Assembly: GCA_976226885.1 (NCBI GenBank)
Contig: OZ320314.1
Coordinates: 82,274,001-82,338,000 of the forward strand
Reading direction: 5' to 3'
Source of the DNA: Iphione sp. A-MEVVRFRX5
Lineage: Eukaryota
Length of the DNA: 64,000 nt
Shown: piece by piece, positions 39,701-53,789 of the stretch
How the letters are laid out: each line of letters starts with the position of its first letter
How positions within the stretch are numbered: position 1 is the first letter of the stretch
Notes under the pieces: model-generated
Seen by the model: only the letters and a program-made list of their open reading frames with translations
The model's database searches: none
Told to the model about the DNA's origin: nothing
Position numbers and translations under genes: made by a program

Positions 39701-41559
39701 ATTTAACTAAAGTAGACCATGCTCTCATTGCATTCGTCTCCTAATTATAAATATAGTAAACAGTAAATTAGTAAATTTAGTAATTTTGAAAAATTATGCA
39801 CACGATAAGACTGTCTTGTGCCAGAATTGGAAGCCAAGTATAGACGTAGTTTTTTTGTCTCATTGTACTTGTGCTTGAAAATTATGGCTTGAATGTTACA
39901 GTTATGACGCTCTTTTCAATAGCCAATATCATATTATAAGGCAGAGAAAACGTTGCATAGCAAGGACAAAAATAGTAGATGGCTTTTACATTGCGTATTG
40001 CATTAAATCGTAGGAAGAATGATGAAACAGATTTGAAGGGCTTTATTCATCTCACATCTTACAGTGACAGGCTTCCCTAGGCAATTATCATTACCACCGC
40101 CATCACCACCATATCCACCAGACCTGCTGCCACCATCGAACAGCGGTAGCAGCTGCGCAGTGTACCCTATCTCGACTGTATCCATTCTCTCCGCGTTTTC
40201 CTACTAAAATGCATTAGGTTCCCGTACGTTATTTGATCAGTCTCGTTTCGCGCTCTCTTCCACATCCAGCCACCCCTCATCTTCTCCGCCGCCAACACAG
40301 GCAATCCACCGGAACAGGGCCCACAGAGGCTCTATTATGTGGTATGCCCAACCTCTTGCAGACAGGACGAGGCAGGTCTGTATGTCCAGCTCGATCAGCC
40401 ATCTTATCACCGTTCCCTTGTGTAAATACACCCATACTTGCAAAGCTAGTTATAACGCCACGCCAACATGCATTCAATCACAACGCTTACGTATATACGC
40501 GGACGTTAATACAGCTACAGGATACTCTACAATTTACACATTTAACACAGCGCCTCTTATTTTAGATATCACAGGCGGTCACTTGGTCGTGTTCTGTACT
40601 CTTGCCCGTTCATCGAGGCTGTGGGATTGTCCTCCCACCTGCGCCTCACTCACTACCCTACTCACTCATTCCGCTCGCGGCGTTTTATTGTTGTCTTGAT
40701 TTGCATCAACATGCATTGTGTTTCCGCTGATACGCGCGCCCCTGGCGGCGCAGCGAGCCGCTGCTCCTCTGGCCTGAGAAGGCGGACGACTTCCGGAGCG
40801 CGGGAAAAAGACAGGCGGCGGATCACAAAACACCACGTTCTGCTGGCTCCCGGATGCTCAGCATGTTGATGTCATTCATTGTGTCGCTTTTGTGGCTCCA
40901 AATCTGATAAATGCCCACTAGAAAGACCGCCATGCTCGCCAAACCCGAGCTGATATGTATCCCTGATTTGCTCAAGAGCAACTGATCACATCAAGGCAGG
41001 AAGCTCTTGATAGTATGGCTGGTCTCTTTGCAACAGAGGAGTATGCCATGAATTGCGCTCAAGACTACTCTGTACCTAACCCCCCCCCCCACCGCCGTCT
41101 GTGTTAAAATTAATTTAAAGGTTTTTGTCGTTTAATTTCTTAATCGGTTTGTCCAGCGTATATGAGAAGTAAAGCCCTTCCACTTTACGCTTTTGCCTTA
41201 TTGTCAGTACACAAAGTCAGACTCCCCCTCAGGCTATTGTACAAAAATTGTGCCTTATGAAAGGGCTTTACAAAGCTTGATAGATTCTTCACGTTTTAGC
41301 AGGAATATGTATGGGACAATATATGAAATGTATTCAAAACTAATCAATGTGCATCAATTTGACCAGGGGCTGTAGCGTTGGTGGGATAGTGATTCAATCT
41401 ACTGCAGAGCGTCCCGCAGCAACTGGATTCACGACACACGTCGCGATCCAGACCGGACGGTAGGCACGCTAGCGTGGCTCTTCTCATCAAACAAGCTCCT
41501 GTGAAACAAACCACGACCGAAACAACGCTTTTCGGGGGCAGCTGTATGCTTAAACCCCA

Positions 41560-41860
41560 CAGATTAGATTAGCAAATGAATCAAGCGGTGGACGGGCTGG
41601 CGCGGCTTATTTCCGTCGTATCCCACAAGGGAGGAAAGACTCCAGGAAGGCTCCAAAAGTGGAGGGCGACAGCAAGGCAAGAACCGGCTGGCTCTGTGTA
41701 CGTGGGCACGTCGGTTGGTTAGTATGTTAGCGTAAGCGATGGCGAACATCAACCATTGTGCCATCTTCCATGTAGCGGCAGCGGCGGAGCGGTTATCCTC
41801 AACTCGATTTTCCTGTCGCCTGATGAAATTGAGCAGGGGATAGCATGCTGAACGGACGGG
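41560..41860 (+). mobile_element. Ngaro-like RNase H fragment
   Basis: IRLANESSGGRAGAAYF (L.TDASG..G.GAYF), then NINHCAIFHVAAAAERL (IN..EL.....A...W). Confidence 0.3.
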
Positions 41861-41936
41861 AGGGTGGAGGAATTGACCGCCGTCCGAAGTCGGGAGAGAC
41901 AGAGGCACGAAGAGCCGAGTATCCTTCTCCCCTTAG

Positions 41937-42314
41937 CTAGACAAGAATGTCAATCATGCTGACAACTGCGCCACTAAGCAAAGAAGCCGATATTGATGCG
42001 CATCCATGGATTCTGACAAGTTTGGACGACAACTGCGCGACCTGGTTTAGGAAAGCGCGACATTGTAGAGGCCTGTGGCTTAAACCGAGAAAGAGACTGC
42101 CAAGGTGGATGACCTCCACCTCTTATATGGCTTCTGCCTCTGGGCGCTTCCTGTTTACTGTCATGTTCCTATTTCCGACATAATTATCAATATGTAGTCC
42201 CTGTAGAGATTGTCTGATGACATCGCTGTTTTTATTCTTCAACCGTTGTCCTAGGCTTAAATGTTCAAGCTTACATGCACACATAGAACACAGTGCCACA
42301 TATGAAATAATCAA
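41937..42314 (-). mobile_element. RTE-like LINE RT fragment
   Basis: LQGLHIDNYVGNRNMTV...EVEVIHLGSLF resembles GL.IN..KTK.M ... E.V..F.YLGS. Confidence 0.3.
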
Positions 42315-43329
42315 AGCTTTGAAATGAAAGATATTTCAAGGATTGTTTGGTTCCTCTATTACTGGATTTACCAAAAGCACGGGCTCGACCGAGTTATCTT
42401 GCCGTGTGTTACTGGAGTGACGTCACCCCAAGCTAATGATTCCCGATGTATTCGTAATCTGCACACCCAGCATTCAGAATCCATGTCAGTGATCGCTCCA
42501 GCTAGCAAAGATCAGATTGCAGACAAAAGAGTAGTTCACGGAATAGATCTCCCTACTTTTATGTATCCTTGCTCGCAGAGCACATGACAAAGGCGTCCAA
42601 TGCAATGACAGTACAACTACGAGATTAACTGCTGTGCAACATGTCGGACATGGCATTCATTGTAAGATAAAACAGTAATACACTAAAGGGAACAGACAGC
42701 ATTCAGTCTCGGTCACCTAAAGCAGCATTTCGACTTAGCCTCAACACATGAAAGTATACAATATTGAATATTGTCACTTCACATTTAATTATCACATCTT
42801 TTTATCATCAGATTGTCACTGGTAGGCACTTGAACCAAACTAGATTGTTAACAACGAGATAAGGGAACTGAGATGAGTTAATTATTTACTTGAACCAGAC
42901 CTGTTCTCTCATACAACTGGATCAAGAGATCCAAATGGGTGGAATTACAGTTGAAATAAAGAGAAAGATTTTACGTACAATGTTGTGGACGCCGGCCAAA
43001 AAGCCCATGCTCATAATGGGACTGATTGTTAAAAATCGGCGAATCTTCCCTGAGATATGTTTACACGGCTACATCACTGGAATACTACCAGAGAGCTCTA
43101 GTTTCCTGGGTGACATAATCAAGCCATTGAAAAGGGCAAACATCTCATGGAAGGAGAATGACACTTCTAGAGATCGACCCGGGGAAACCAATGTTGAAGT
43201 ATTAAGTCTATCCAAAATATAGCCCACAGTTGAGACCGGACTATTCCCTTAGGTAGATACTTAAATATTATTTAACTTGGAATACTAAACCTTTAAATAT
43301 TAGGGGTCTAGAAGGTCAGCTTAATTCCA

Positions 43330-45340
43330 CGGGTGGAAGTACAATCGTATTTCCTCAGTAGACCTTTTAGTGCCAATTACTAGTGGAGGTCCGAAGGCTG
43401 GTCAGTGGTGAGAGAAACCCAAGACTTCCTAGGAACGAAGGCATTTACCAGGTCATACAACAGTGCGTAGGTGCGGTGGCACATAGGCCAAGTAAGCCCA
43501 TTGGCTGATTCTCCTCTTTCCTGGTGAGGTAGCCACTGCCCTGGGCACAGCGGAGGTAGGCGGTCTGTCAAGTTTCCTGGAAGGGAAGTCAGAGTTCCTG
43601 AGCAAAAGGAATCGATATCAATGCCTAGGGAGGTGCAGCAGGTTGGAGCGATGAATGGGGTGGGGACGGGCGTTAGTGACTTTCTCCTTGCAATCTGCAC
43701 AGATGAGAATATCGTCATAAGACTCCATACACGATGCATCAGGCGTTATAAAAAGGAAACGATGAACTGACAATGTGATTGAAGAACCACAACCAGAGAG
43801 GGCCAGAGAGTTAGGAGAAGATACTCAGTAAGGATGTTGCTTGTGAGTTCTCCTGACATGCAATTAGACATCCAAGGGAAGCTGTATATGTAACAGAAAT
43901 GTAGCTGAAAGCCTAGTGAATAGTGTCTCACAGAGTCGTTGTCGTCCAGGTAGCGGGCCTGGTACAATTCATTTCCTAGCAGGTAGGACCATCTGCTTTG
44001 GAGAATGTGCCAATGGGGTTCATATGGCCAGGAGGAAAGGATTCGCGACCAGTAAGGTGAATCCAAAATGAAGTTCAGAGTTGACAGGATAAGACGTCGG
44101 GCAGCCGAGCAGCCTGATATGATTGATCTGTAGTTTGCACAGCTGTGGGAGGTAGGATACCAACCATAAACACCTCTGAAGCGGTGGATGATCCCGTTCC
44201 AGATAAAAAGGGGACGGGGTCGTCTCAAAGAACACAGAGAGAAAACTTCTTGACGCCCTGTGACAGGACCACGGTGGAAAGAGTAAATCTTATATATGAT
44301 AGCTGTATGCTGCCATTTGAGCGATGGCAGTATATGACTTACCATCCATGACGACAGAGGTACGGCCAGTCGAAAGAATGGATAATATCAGCCCCATGTC
44401 AGGTGACCGGCCCTGTAATGCACACGCCTCCACCAATGCATCTTGTGCTAGGACGGACACTATAGTAGGGAGGTTGAGGTTCCAGTCGCCCGACTGACTT
44501 GTGAACTGACAACAAGTCGATCCTGGCGGAGCTGTAACCCATCTGACCCAGCTACAAGGTTTTACAAGAGGTCTCGGAAACCTTGCCCTTTGTCGCTACA
44601 AAAGACAATTTGGAAGTCTTTATCGGCATACCACGATGGAGGAGTGGCCCGGCTTCTTTGCCTTTACTTATACTGAATAGTCATGTTCGATGAGTCCTCT
44701 GGTATTGTATTTCCCTCTGAGTTTGTAGCCGAGTAGGAAAATGAGGAGTCATCAATACCTAGTGTTCTACGAAATCCAGGGAACCGAGCGTGATAAAACC
44801 AAGCGTGTCAGTTCCCTTCACATTGGCTGCGTTAGTCGTACTGCATTTCTTAAAGGTCTCATCAAAGGATCTGCGTTAATGGCAGTATTGGTAAAATGAT
44901 CTGGAGTTATCATTTTAAGGTAGAAATGGATAAAAGTGATTACGATGATGGCAACCGGTGAAACAGAGGTCGGCGGTGTGAAGGTGACTGACAGTGTGAC
45001 GAAGACCAGTAAAGTTTGCCCTTCCTTTTTTAATCTATCTTTGAATCTATCTATCTTTCTATTTTCCTATCTCTACGACCCCAAGTCGGTAGTCTGAAGT
45101 ATGGGTGAGTTTGGTTAGCATCTGGCCTAGGTAATGAGGGTCCGTCCATATAAGCAGAGAGTGATGGCCGGCGTCGGTAACAAAAGCTGATGGCAGATAT
45201 TGGATGACTCGATGATTGATTTTGGTGACTCCAGGGTTGCTGGCAATGATAGGCCCCGGTGGCCTTTTCTCTAAGTGGACGGAGAAACAAACAAGCTGGA
45301 TTTCATGTTTGTGGTTGTAAACATCCGAAAACATCACGTA
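43330..45340 (-). mobile_element. Ngaro-like tyrosine-recombinase retrotransposon relic (RT region clearest)
   Basis: CANYRSI (N..SA), RWSYLLGNELYQARYLD (DW.LLG...Y.D), ESYDDILICADC (YLDD), APTCCTSLGIDIDS (GP.T.LTFLGIEIDS), VSLTTDQPSDLH** (DL.WW). No recombinase ORF was recognised. Confidence 0.65.
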
Positions 45341-47149
45341 AACAGCATGTCAGCAGCGACGAAAAATGTATGCCTAAGTGAAGTCATCTGAAGGTTTCAA
45401 TGGTTTCAATTTGAACCGTGCTGCAGCCACGCTGCATTAGCTGTGTTCTGTTTCACATTCTATTTTCTACTTAAGAAATGACAATGTGAAATGTGGTTGC
45501 ACGACGCTGATATGAAATTAGCATCCGTCAATGAGAGGAAAGCACGATCTTTCGGCAAAGAGGATAGAGAAAAGACAGCTGACTTTAGGGGGGTAGGTGG
45601 GGAATGAGAATAGATGCCAAGAACTGTACACGCTCACTGCAGGACTACCGTTTAACCATCAGGAAAGCTACTGTTGAGGGATGTCAATTGAAGGAACATT
45701 GCGCGTTTCGGTGTGTAGGTATACAGTAATCCCTCACTTTCCGACGATCTTACAACCGACAAAGCCTAAATATTTATATGTGGTCATTATATTTTGACAG
45801 ATCTGTCTTGTGCTTTGCACTAAGATTGAACATATACTCCCCTTCATATGGACCATTTCGTGAAATAATGATCCTTAAGTTCGCTTTCCCCTTGCACAGA
45901 CTAACCCAACAGCTAACATGTGGAAAATTGGATCAAATTGATAGATCTATCAATAGTATACAATGTAAATCCTCGGTACAAGCAAGTACATAACTTTTTT
46001 TACCGTCATAATGCAATAATGCGGACAGGCCATAATGTGGACAAAAATATATTATTTGGCCACAATGCCGACATGATGACCTTTTGAACACTTTCAGTAA
46101 AGAACCAAGGGGTGTCCGCATTGCTGTATCCCCGCTAGCTCTAATACACACAATACAGGATGAATTCGTCAAAATACAATACACACATTAGCACTGTGTC
46201 TGAGCAGGTTTAGCACACTCAGTTCAGAAAGGCTAAGTCACTTATTACAGTCTACTACAGTCTACTCCATGTAACCAGAATCCTTGGTTCTCTCAAAATA
46301 TGGTCGTACTGAAGGATAATCTCAATTGATTGAATAATTATTCACTGTCGAGTCACAGATCCATAATTATAACTGAAAAAGTAGACATTATTCTTCTGCC
46401 AATTACTCACACATACATACAGAGTACCTAGATTCATGGGAATATTCCCTAGGTTTTGATATGGCTCATTTTCATGGCTGGTGTAGAAAATGAGTGTACA
46501 TGTATGTATGAATAGAAATACGACTTACATGTGAAGTCTTTTTTTCTCTATTCCTTTAATTCATCTCACTTTGTAGAATCATAAATAAAATCCGTTGACG
46601 TTATACTAAAAAAACTCGCCATAGTATATCCCTCCACCGTCTTTGACAGTGTAATGTGGAGGAAATGGAAGGGTCTTTTTATCGTTATCAGAGAGCAGAA
46701 GCTTGTCTCATTAATTCATAGTGCACAAGATGAACAGTACAGAAGATTGGGACAGTACAAAACAGTCACCATGCAAAATGCGCTTCCCACTAAAATGTAC
46801 GTGTAAAAGGTGACCTGTCGAAGGGGGATCCTTTCGCGCTGTTTAGCTAACTGATGCATGTTACGGAATACGTGATATATATTACATAGGCTTCCTGTTC
46901 TACACTAATTAGCCATTTCGATTTTTTCCTCAAATCTAGTCTTCCGTCTCCCCAATCATTAGCTATCCCCTTTTTTGAATCACCTTTTTGTGTAATTCTA
47001 TGGTAATTGTATTTACAATTACAACGTCATTCACTGTCAAGGGAAAGGACTGCATCGAAGCACCGACCGCGCATGTTTTCATTTAATTAAGTCATTCCCA
47101 ACTTTCTTCCCCATGTAATGGAAATCGAGGACGGGAGGAAAAAATGGCC

Positions 47150-47520
47150 TCATAATAGATTCCTAGCTGTATCCCAGGCGGCAATGTTATCAGGGCGATA
47201 CCAACCAATACAAGCGTTGACCGGTGGCCTCCACAAGCCATCCAAGACCCATTCACCCTGAGCTCCTTCAATATAAGTCCGGGCGGTTTTCAAATCTCGA
47301 GCACCGCGTGTGCCGCATCCTCCTCGCGGAGGGCAGAGCGAAATGGCCAGCGGTGGAGGAAGGCGCCGCTCCACGGCCTGACGGACGTTTGCCAAACATG
47401 TCCAGCTGGAGAGGCTTTTCTCAGCCAAAGGCTACCCAGTCAATACCCTGGGCGGCAGGGACTTGATGCCAGTCTCTGTCATAGGCGTCTGTGGCTAGGT
47501 GCCATTTCCACCCACGAAGC
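47150..47520 (-). mobile_element. DIRS/Ngaro-like RNase H fragment
   Basis: HLATDAYDRDW (TDAS..GW), SLSSWTCLANVRQAV, and TYIEGAQGEWVLDGLWR (HIPG..N..AD.LSR-like). Confidence 0.3.
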
Positions 47521-49149
47521 GAATAAGGCGCAAATAAACTCCCTCTGCGCTCCCCGAGGGCGTTGTGACCCAGCGCTCCTGACAGGGGAGGGAGGCTGAA
47601 TTTTTCTCACTCTCTCCCGCCGAGAGAAGACACCATCAATTGTGGATGAGCGCCGTTACTATTCCTGGACAGTCTCTTATTTTAATGACCCGACAATATT
47701 GGATACGTATACTTGAAACATCTGTATCATGTTTCTGATGTAAAATCCCCGAAAGATGTGAATATTTTTTCTTTTTACACGTTGAAATCCACGTAATGCA
47801 TTAGAAAGTTATGATGTTATAAAATCGATACTGGCAGGTATAATACTGATGATATAACAACATATTAAAGATCTTGCAGTTTCTGTTGACAAAGTCATCG
47901 AAAACTATCTGTATGCCGCATGTATAAAAAAAATAGGAAAAACAGTCAGTAGTAATCACATTAGGCCAAAGTATGGTATCTCATGAAGCACAGTGGAATA
48001 TTCACTTACGCATGACAGATTTCCATTTCCACTTAAATCACAGCTCTTTAGTCAAGTCGGATTCCGAACTTTTTTTATTGTATAAGAGATATAGTAACTG
48101 CCACTTTCCCCGTAATGCTCTAGACGGCTCGAGTAGTATCAAGCTCCGACTGCAGTCTGCATCTCTCAGCAGACGTCAGCAACTGCGCATAATACTGCCC
48201 TCCATTCAAGCATTGTATTTAGACTTGCACTGTGGTCTGTTTTCCATTAAGATATATACCCAGGCTGATCTCCCACAATAGCCTATTTCCTCACAGGCTC
48301 TTACTTGAAGTGCGGGATAAGAGTGCGGGGGACGGGCGCTCTGTGTTTTGATGGTGAAGACAAGAGCCTATGCATGGCAGTCGGCTCTGAAAAGACTCTA
48401 ACCAGTCGAGTCACCATCGGATGTCACACGGTCGACTGGCCAGTACTTAACATCAAAGTCTACACATCGATGCTGGCGTTGCTGGACTGAATCATTATAT
48501 TATAATTTCATAATGAAGGGGAATTACCGCATCATATGTCCGTATCAAGGCTATCTATGGCCTTCTCAACACGCTTGGGGTATCAAGAGAAATAGCTGGA
48601 TATTCCTTCCGGATGCAAGTGGAAAATCCCTTCGTGGAATGAAGCTCTGGTGAATAATCGTAAAACTGAAGCTTCAACCTGGTTTGTGTTTGTACATGCC
48701 ATAAGAAGGACGGTTATGCACGAGGCTGCTCTTGTTCAGCACGAGCTCTGTTTGTTACATTGAATGGAAGACGGAAAAACTAGATGGGACTCGTCCTACA
48801 GCTGCCCAACAGACAAGCAGTACAAAGGAAGTGAAGTTATTCAATAGCGGGACTGTTGGGGAGCTTGCCAATTACACGTTCCTGAACAGCTTCCATCTAT
48901 GAACAGTATCACGTTGGAAACATTGTGAGGGGTAAAACTAAATTTCCAGATAAATGTGGGTAATTTATCAATTAGGCTATGAATACTGATTAGGAAAGTG
49001 CAGTAAGCTTAATTCAGAGTGAATTTTTAACGGCCCGATTGATTGTCTCAGTATAATATGGCGGAGAAAATATACACATGCTATAAAGGCAAACAAGATT
49101 TATGATTAGCACTTATGGCGAATTTTGCTCTTTGCGACATTAACATTCC

Positions 49150-49925
49150 GAAATATAACGCTGTATTTCATCAGTACCTTTCTTTATAATGGTTAGTGGG
49201 GTGGATCCGTTCCTTCTAGCAACCCTGTCGGTGTATCTGCATTACTTTTTCATGGGGCAATTTCCTGACTCATGAAATTCAGCTGTTTGGTTGAGACCAC
49301 ATTCTCGAGATACATTGAGCATCGGACCCAATTGCAGTTCAATAATTCAAGGAGCGCCTTCTAAGGTTGCAAATACATCGACAGCTGGTGTCGGGACTGG
49401 TCCTGCGACTGATAGAGTTAGGTTGGTAGACCAATGTAGCCCCATGACACATGGGTTCGTTTTTCGTATCAATGCTGAAGCAATGTCACTCAAAAATAGG
49501 AAACAGCAAGGTCGTTGTGTACACGGCGGCTACAAGATGAATGAGTGTCCCTTGTTGATGGTGATTCTAAAGGCTCTCCTGTAGACTGTTTAAGAACGAA
49601 AGTTTCCTTTCGTCCATTCATCAATTCAAATTACCACTGCCTATAGCTGGAGCGGCTTTCCTGGTTGTACGGACCAAAAATCGTATCTACGTTCGTGCCC
49701 GACGAAGTGGGTTGCAGCTTTATTCGCTGGCAGTAGATCATCGTACATGTGTTCTTCTAGACTGGGGGGATGGTAAATACCCATTCCATTTTGAATACAG
49801 GGGTTTTCACATGCAACCCCTGCTAAAGGTTCGGCCCAGGAAATAACTATTGCGACGACTCTCACCAGAATCAACAGCATAAATATTGCAAGTGGTATAA
49901 CAATCACGATTCTTCCCGCCCACAT
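49150..49925 (-). mobile_element. Probable CR1/L2 ORF2 5' relic (2A-like motif, PHD finger, APE start); assignment ambiguous
   Basis: FMLLI..SG...PGP across frameshifts, GVACENPC...YH..SLEEHMYDDLL (PHD-like), and ELLNCNWVR..YLENVVSTKQLNFMSQE (NCQS...ETW-like). An alternative DIRS reading (PAVDVFAT) also exists. Confidence 0.3.
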
Positions 49926-50911
49926 ATACCTCGGGATGAATATTTCATTCGTCGTTATATATAGCTCTTAAAAGTGACACACAAAGAGCTTTTAAAGCAG
50001 AGTCTCTGGGACGATCTCCCTAAAAAATAACGGCCCCCGCTTTTACCCACGGCGTCACCTTTCTATCCTATACACTCGGGCAGGGCCTCTTCACCTGGCC
50101 GCCTCCAGTAGTCGGCCGGTTCCAGTGCTTTATATCGGCCAGGCAGGTGTCAGCGCCGTGATAGATGTAGCCAAGCTGGCCCGCCTTCACCTTTCATATC
50201 GCATTCATTGACCAGTCCAACCGCTGCCTCGAGCCGTCGTCATTTACCTTCCAACCAAGTCGCATCCCACTCGGCCTCCTCACCATGCCACGAGCCCCGA
50301 CGGAGCCGGCCCGTAGTATGCTACCAGTATCTATATTTTCCCCTTGCTAGCCGTGAGCCTGACGTATATAGTGTCTCCGGTGGGTAGATGAAAAGCCAGT
50401 GTTTTATGTAGTTCTCTCCATCGGGCTACTACAAGGCACCCCGAGGAGTCGCAGTCTCTCAACCTATGATCATGAATTGCTGGATCTGTCTCCTAGGTCA
50501 TTATGTAGATGGCCATGGCCGACGGTGTCCAGAGCGGGGGACGGAAAGCTGTAGATAAAGGACACACTATAAGGGCCTTGCAATGAAGATAGGGTTTATA
50601 ATGGAAACATATATATCACTCCCGCATCGGCTTAACTTGCTGACAAGTTTCTTGATGACAATTTTTAACGGGATACTTACAGAGAGATATGAACCTAGTG
50701 GCCAAACTCCATTATAGTTTCCGATACGTATCTGTCTACACCGTGTGCGTGGTTACCAGACGGTCTATATCAGAATGCTGTATAGATGCCCTGCCTCATT
50801 TATGTGTGTATACATATATTAATGTATATACAAGGCGACGTGATGTCACATAATCGTTTACGCCTGTCGCCCTGTGCTCCTCTGGCACACCAAAGAACTC
50901 AACCCTGTTCC

Positions 50912-51549
50912 TCAGAGAGGCCGATTTGGACCAGTTCTACAATACTCTTTTCCTGAGGATGAGAATATCGTCCGCATTGGTATGTATAGGAGGCGGCGTA
51001 TGTCGTATTGACCGCCACCTAATTCTTCACCGATCTCGCGCCGACAACAATTGGCACGAGTACTGACCAGTGTCTGAACCCAGGCCCCTACCTCTTCACC
51101 TCCCATCCATCCCCTCGGAATTGGCCCATACCCGGGGCATAACCGGGCAGCATACCGACGGGCCTACCACCCCTCGACCCCTTCCCCATATCCCAACCCT
51201 TTCATGGCGGCCCGCAGCCGGGCACAGCTGTAGGAACGACCTTGTGGAGGACTCTCAGGCGAGAGGAGCACCGTCCCTCATCCGCATTCATTTCCAAACA
51301 AATCCACCCGCCATTGCTGTTCCGAAGGCCCTCCGGTTCATACGTCATCAACGAGCTGCGTGTTCGAGGAATGAGTGTCACCGATCAATCAGCGCCGATC
51401 GATTGATCACCGCGCTTTATGTATGGCATCACGTAACCTCCTCCTGCTACCCCCCCCCCCTTCCTTCACTGAGACGTGGAGGGGTAACTCTCCTGTGTGG
51501 CCCACACTCCCCGAAACTCACCGAAGCGTGTGGTAGTTATGGGCTCTAG
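50912..51549 (+). mobile_element. Possible Ngaro-like ORF1 remnant
   Basis: RADNNWHEY* (W..YD motif), a Pro-rich spacer and Cys/His remnants. GCATTGGT..GGAGGCG is shared with ~44430-44450. Confidence 0.2.
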
Positions 51550-52559
51550 CCAACGAGGACCCAGGGCGCTGGTGAGAAAGGGTAATGTATACCACAGGAA
51601 CATGCTAGGTTTCTGTTGGGCATCTACAGCTGCAATGTAGTAGCATAAGATTTATACATTTATGTATGTATATATATATATCGGGTGGGATTCTGCAGTG
51701 CAAATGGATCCACCATAGCTATAAGACTGTCCTTAGGGTTAGATTTTAAATCAGAAAGGTTATGTTTTGCGCGGATGGCTGTTAAACCCAAGACATACAT
51801 TTTGTTATGGCCTGACTGAAAACTATTTTACTTTTACCAATTTGATTTGATAACGTCTAAAATGTTCAGCACAAACGAAAACTATCATGAAATAAAGTAA
51901 TCGATTCTCTACTTGAAGTAGCTTTGAAATACAAATCGTTGTGTGCTTTACCCACATTCTACAATATTTTACTCGTCAAGCCCTGCTGTTCCATGTACAC
52001 GCACATGATAGCTGAGCGTACAAATTCGCTGGTTTTCCACAGAAAAAGGATGATGGGATGGCCGCTTGATGTTTTATTCTATTAAAAGCAAGTGCGTTGG
52101 CAAGTGGCAAACCAACCGCTTTTAAGTCAAACCGCATCACCGACTCTTTGACCCTGTTTCAGATTCATAAGTGATCCACTCGTTTACCTTTGACCTAATA
52201 CGGGTTTTCCTTTAACCCAAGAAAAACAGGCGCATAATTAATCTGAGATTAGTGAGTGACGTTAGGTAAAAACTACTGTTCAATACGATTTTCACCGAAT
52301 TAACAGAATTAATCGGCATTATAAGATAGTGTTCAACCATTGGTTCAGAAATTTCATTCAGAAAATACTTGAAAGATTCATATTTACAGGAGGAGACTGT
52401 TCTGGTTAAATGCCAAAAGCCATTTTTATTTAGCGTCAAGCGTTAGTTGCCTTATAATTTCAGTGTGGAACATTATAGAGTAAGGCTATGTTTCCATGTA
52501 AGCATGTCACCGTGATACATGTTTTTTCATCATGAAAAGTTAATCTGATTACCCCTGTA

Positions 52560-52860
52560 TATACTCTGTTTACAGTGGAAGCATAACATGTACAACTTGT
52601 TTTTCGGCAATGAAAACATGAGAAAACAGCAGTAATAAGGCAAATTGGCCTGAAACAAGGCAAATATCCGACAAACTTGGCTAAAAATTAGAAGAAAACA
52701 GCAAAATTCATGTAATCATCACTGAAAATGGTGAAAATGGTGTTTCCTGTCAAAACAAATGAAAATCATGTAGTTTTCACTGGAAAATGGTGAAAATCAT
52801 GTAGCATCAAAACTAATGATTACATGTGTGGAAATGTGTGGCAATGTGTGGGGAGGAAAT
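52560..52860. repeat. Short-period GAAAATGGT/GAAAATCATGTAG repeat block, probably the interior of a non-autonomous DNA element
   Basis: Multiple copies of TGAAAATGGTGAAAAT and TGAAAATCATGTAG. Confidence 0.5.
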
Positions 52861-53789
52861 ATATTATTTCACTCTCACTTTCAGTATAGTGCTGGGGAAA
52901 ACACAACCATATTTCCGTAGAAAATGGAAGATTTAGCATTTAAAAAATCACATCATGGTAACACGCAACACCCAATATGTGACATTCAATTCAATTCAAT
53001 ATGTTTAGTGTCCCTCTTTGTACATGGTACATAGTTATCCATGGGCAATATGTGTACAATTGTAGATAAGTCATTGTGCATAAGAAATATAAAGTGAATC
53101 GCGTGCCAAACACTGTTTTGTCATTTGCAGCAATAAAGACAGACTCATAATATCTGCTACCCTTACTTTGTCAGAGAGGCACTTTGTAAATAGTAACCAT
53201 TTCACCCTGCAGCCTTTATGTCTTGGTATGCATTGACACATGCCAGATTGTGACTACACAAATACATGAATGCAGAAGTACATAATATGTACATGTACAC
53301 CTCCTATAGCTTAAATGCTTGTGACTATCTTTTCTCACTGATGTTCCTATACACTCTCATAACAAAGAACATCCATCCCAAATCTGATACACATTATCAT
53401 CTATAGTTGATCCTGCTATGCAAGTTCATATATCAATCCACTTGTCACATATCCACATTTACAACTCCAACTTCCCTTGGTGCTCCCATGCATAATTAAA
53501 ACTGCACCCCCATATCACCCAATCACAACATCCTCCACTCAGGACAGCCACATACTTACATTCACATTTAAATGCAGCCACATGTTCCCAGTAGCAACAT
53601 AATTTGCCTATAGTGGCCACATACATCCATTCATGCCTTTGCACTGTAAGAAGCCCTTTTAATATGCTTGTCATCTATAGTGTCCTATATGACACCATAT
53701 CTGTTGCCAAGTTAAGTTTGGGCATTCCACCATGAACTCTACCATTCCGGATACCATGTTTGAGAGTGATTGACTGTTGAGGTTGACTG

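Noticed and set aside
49140-49180. Minus-strand CTGATGA...GGAA hammerhead-like motif
   Set aside because: GAAA is absent, the stem II register is off, and it lies inside a LINE-like coding relic.
51070-51549. 159-aa ORF, and the other 60-200-aa ORFs in the track, as host genes
   Set aside because: No recognisable domains or splice structure; most overlap TE relics or microsatellites and are consistent with chance ORFs.
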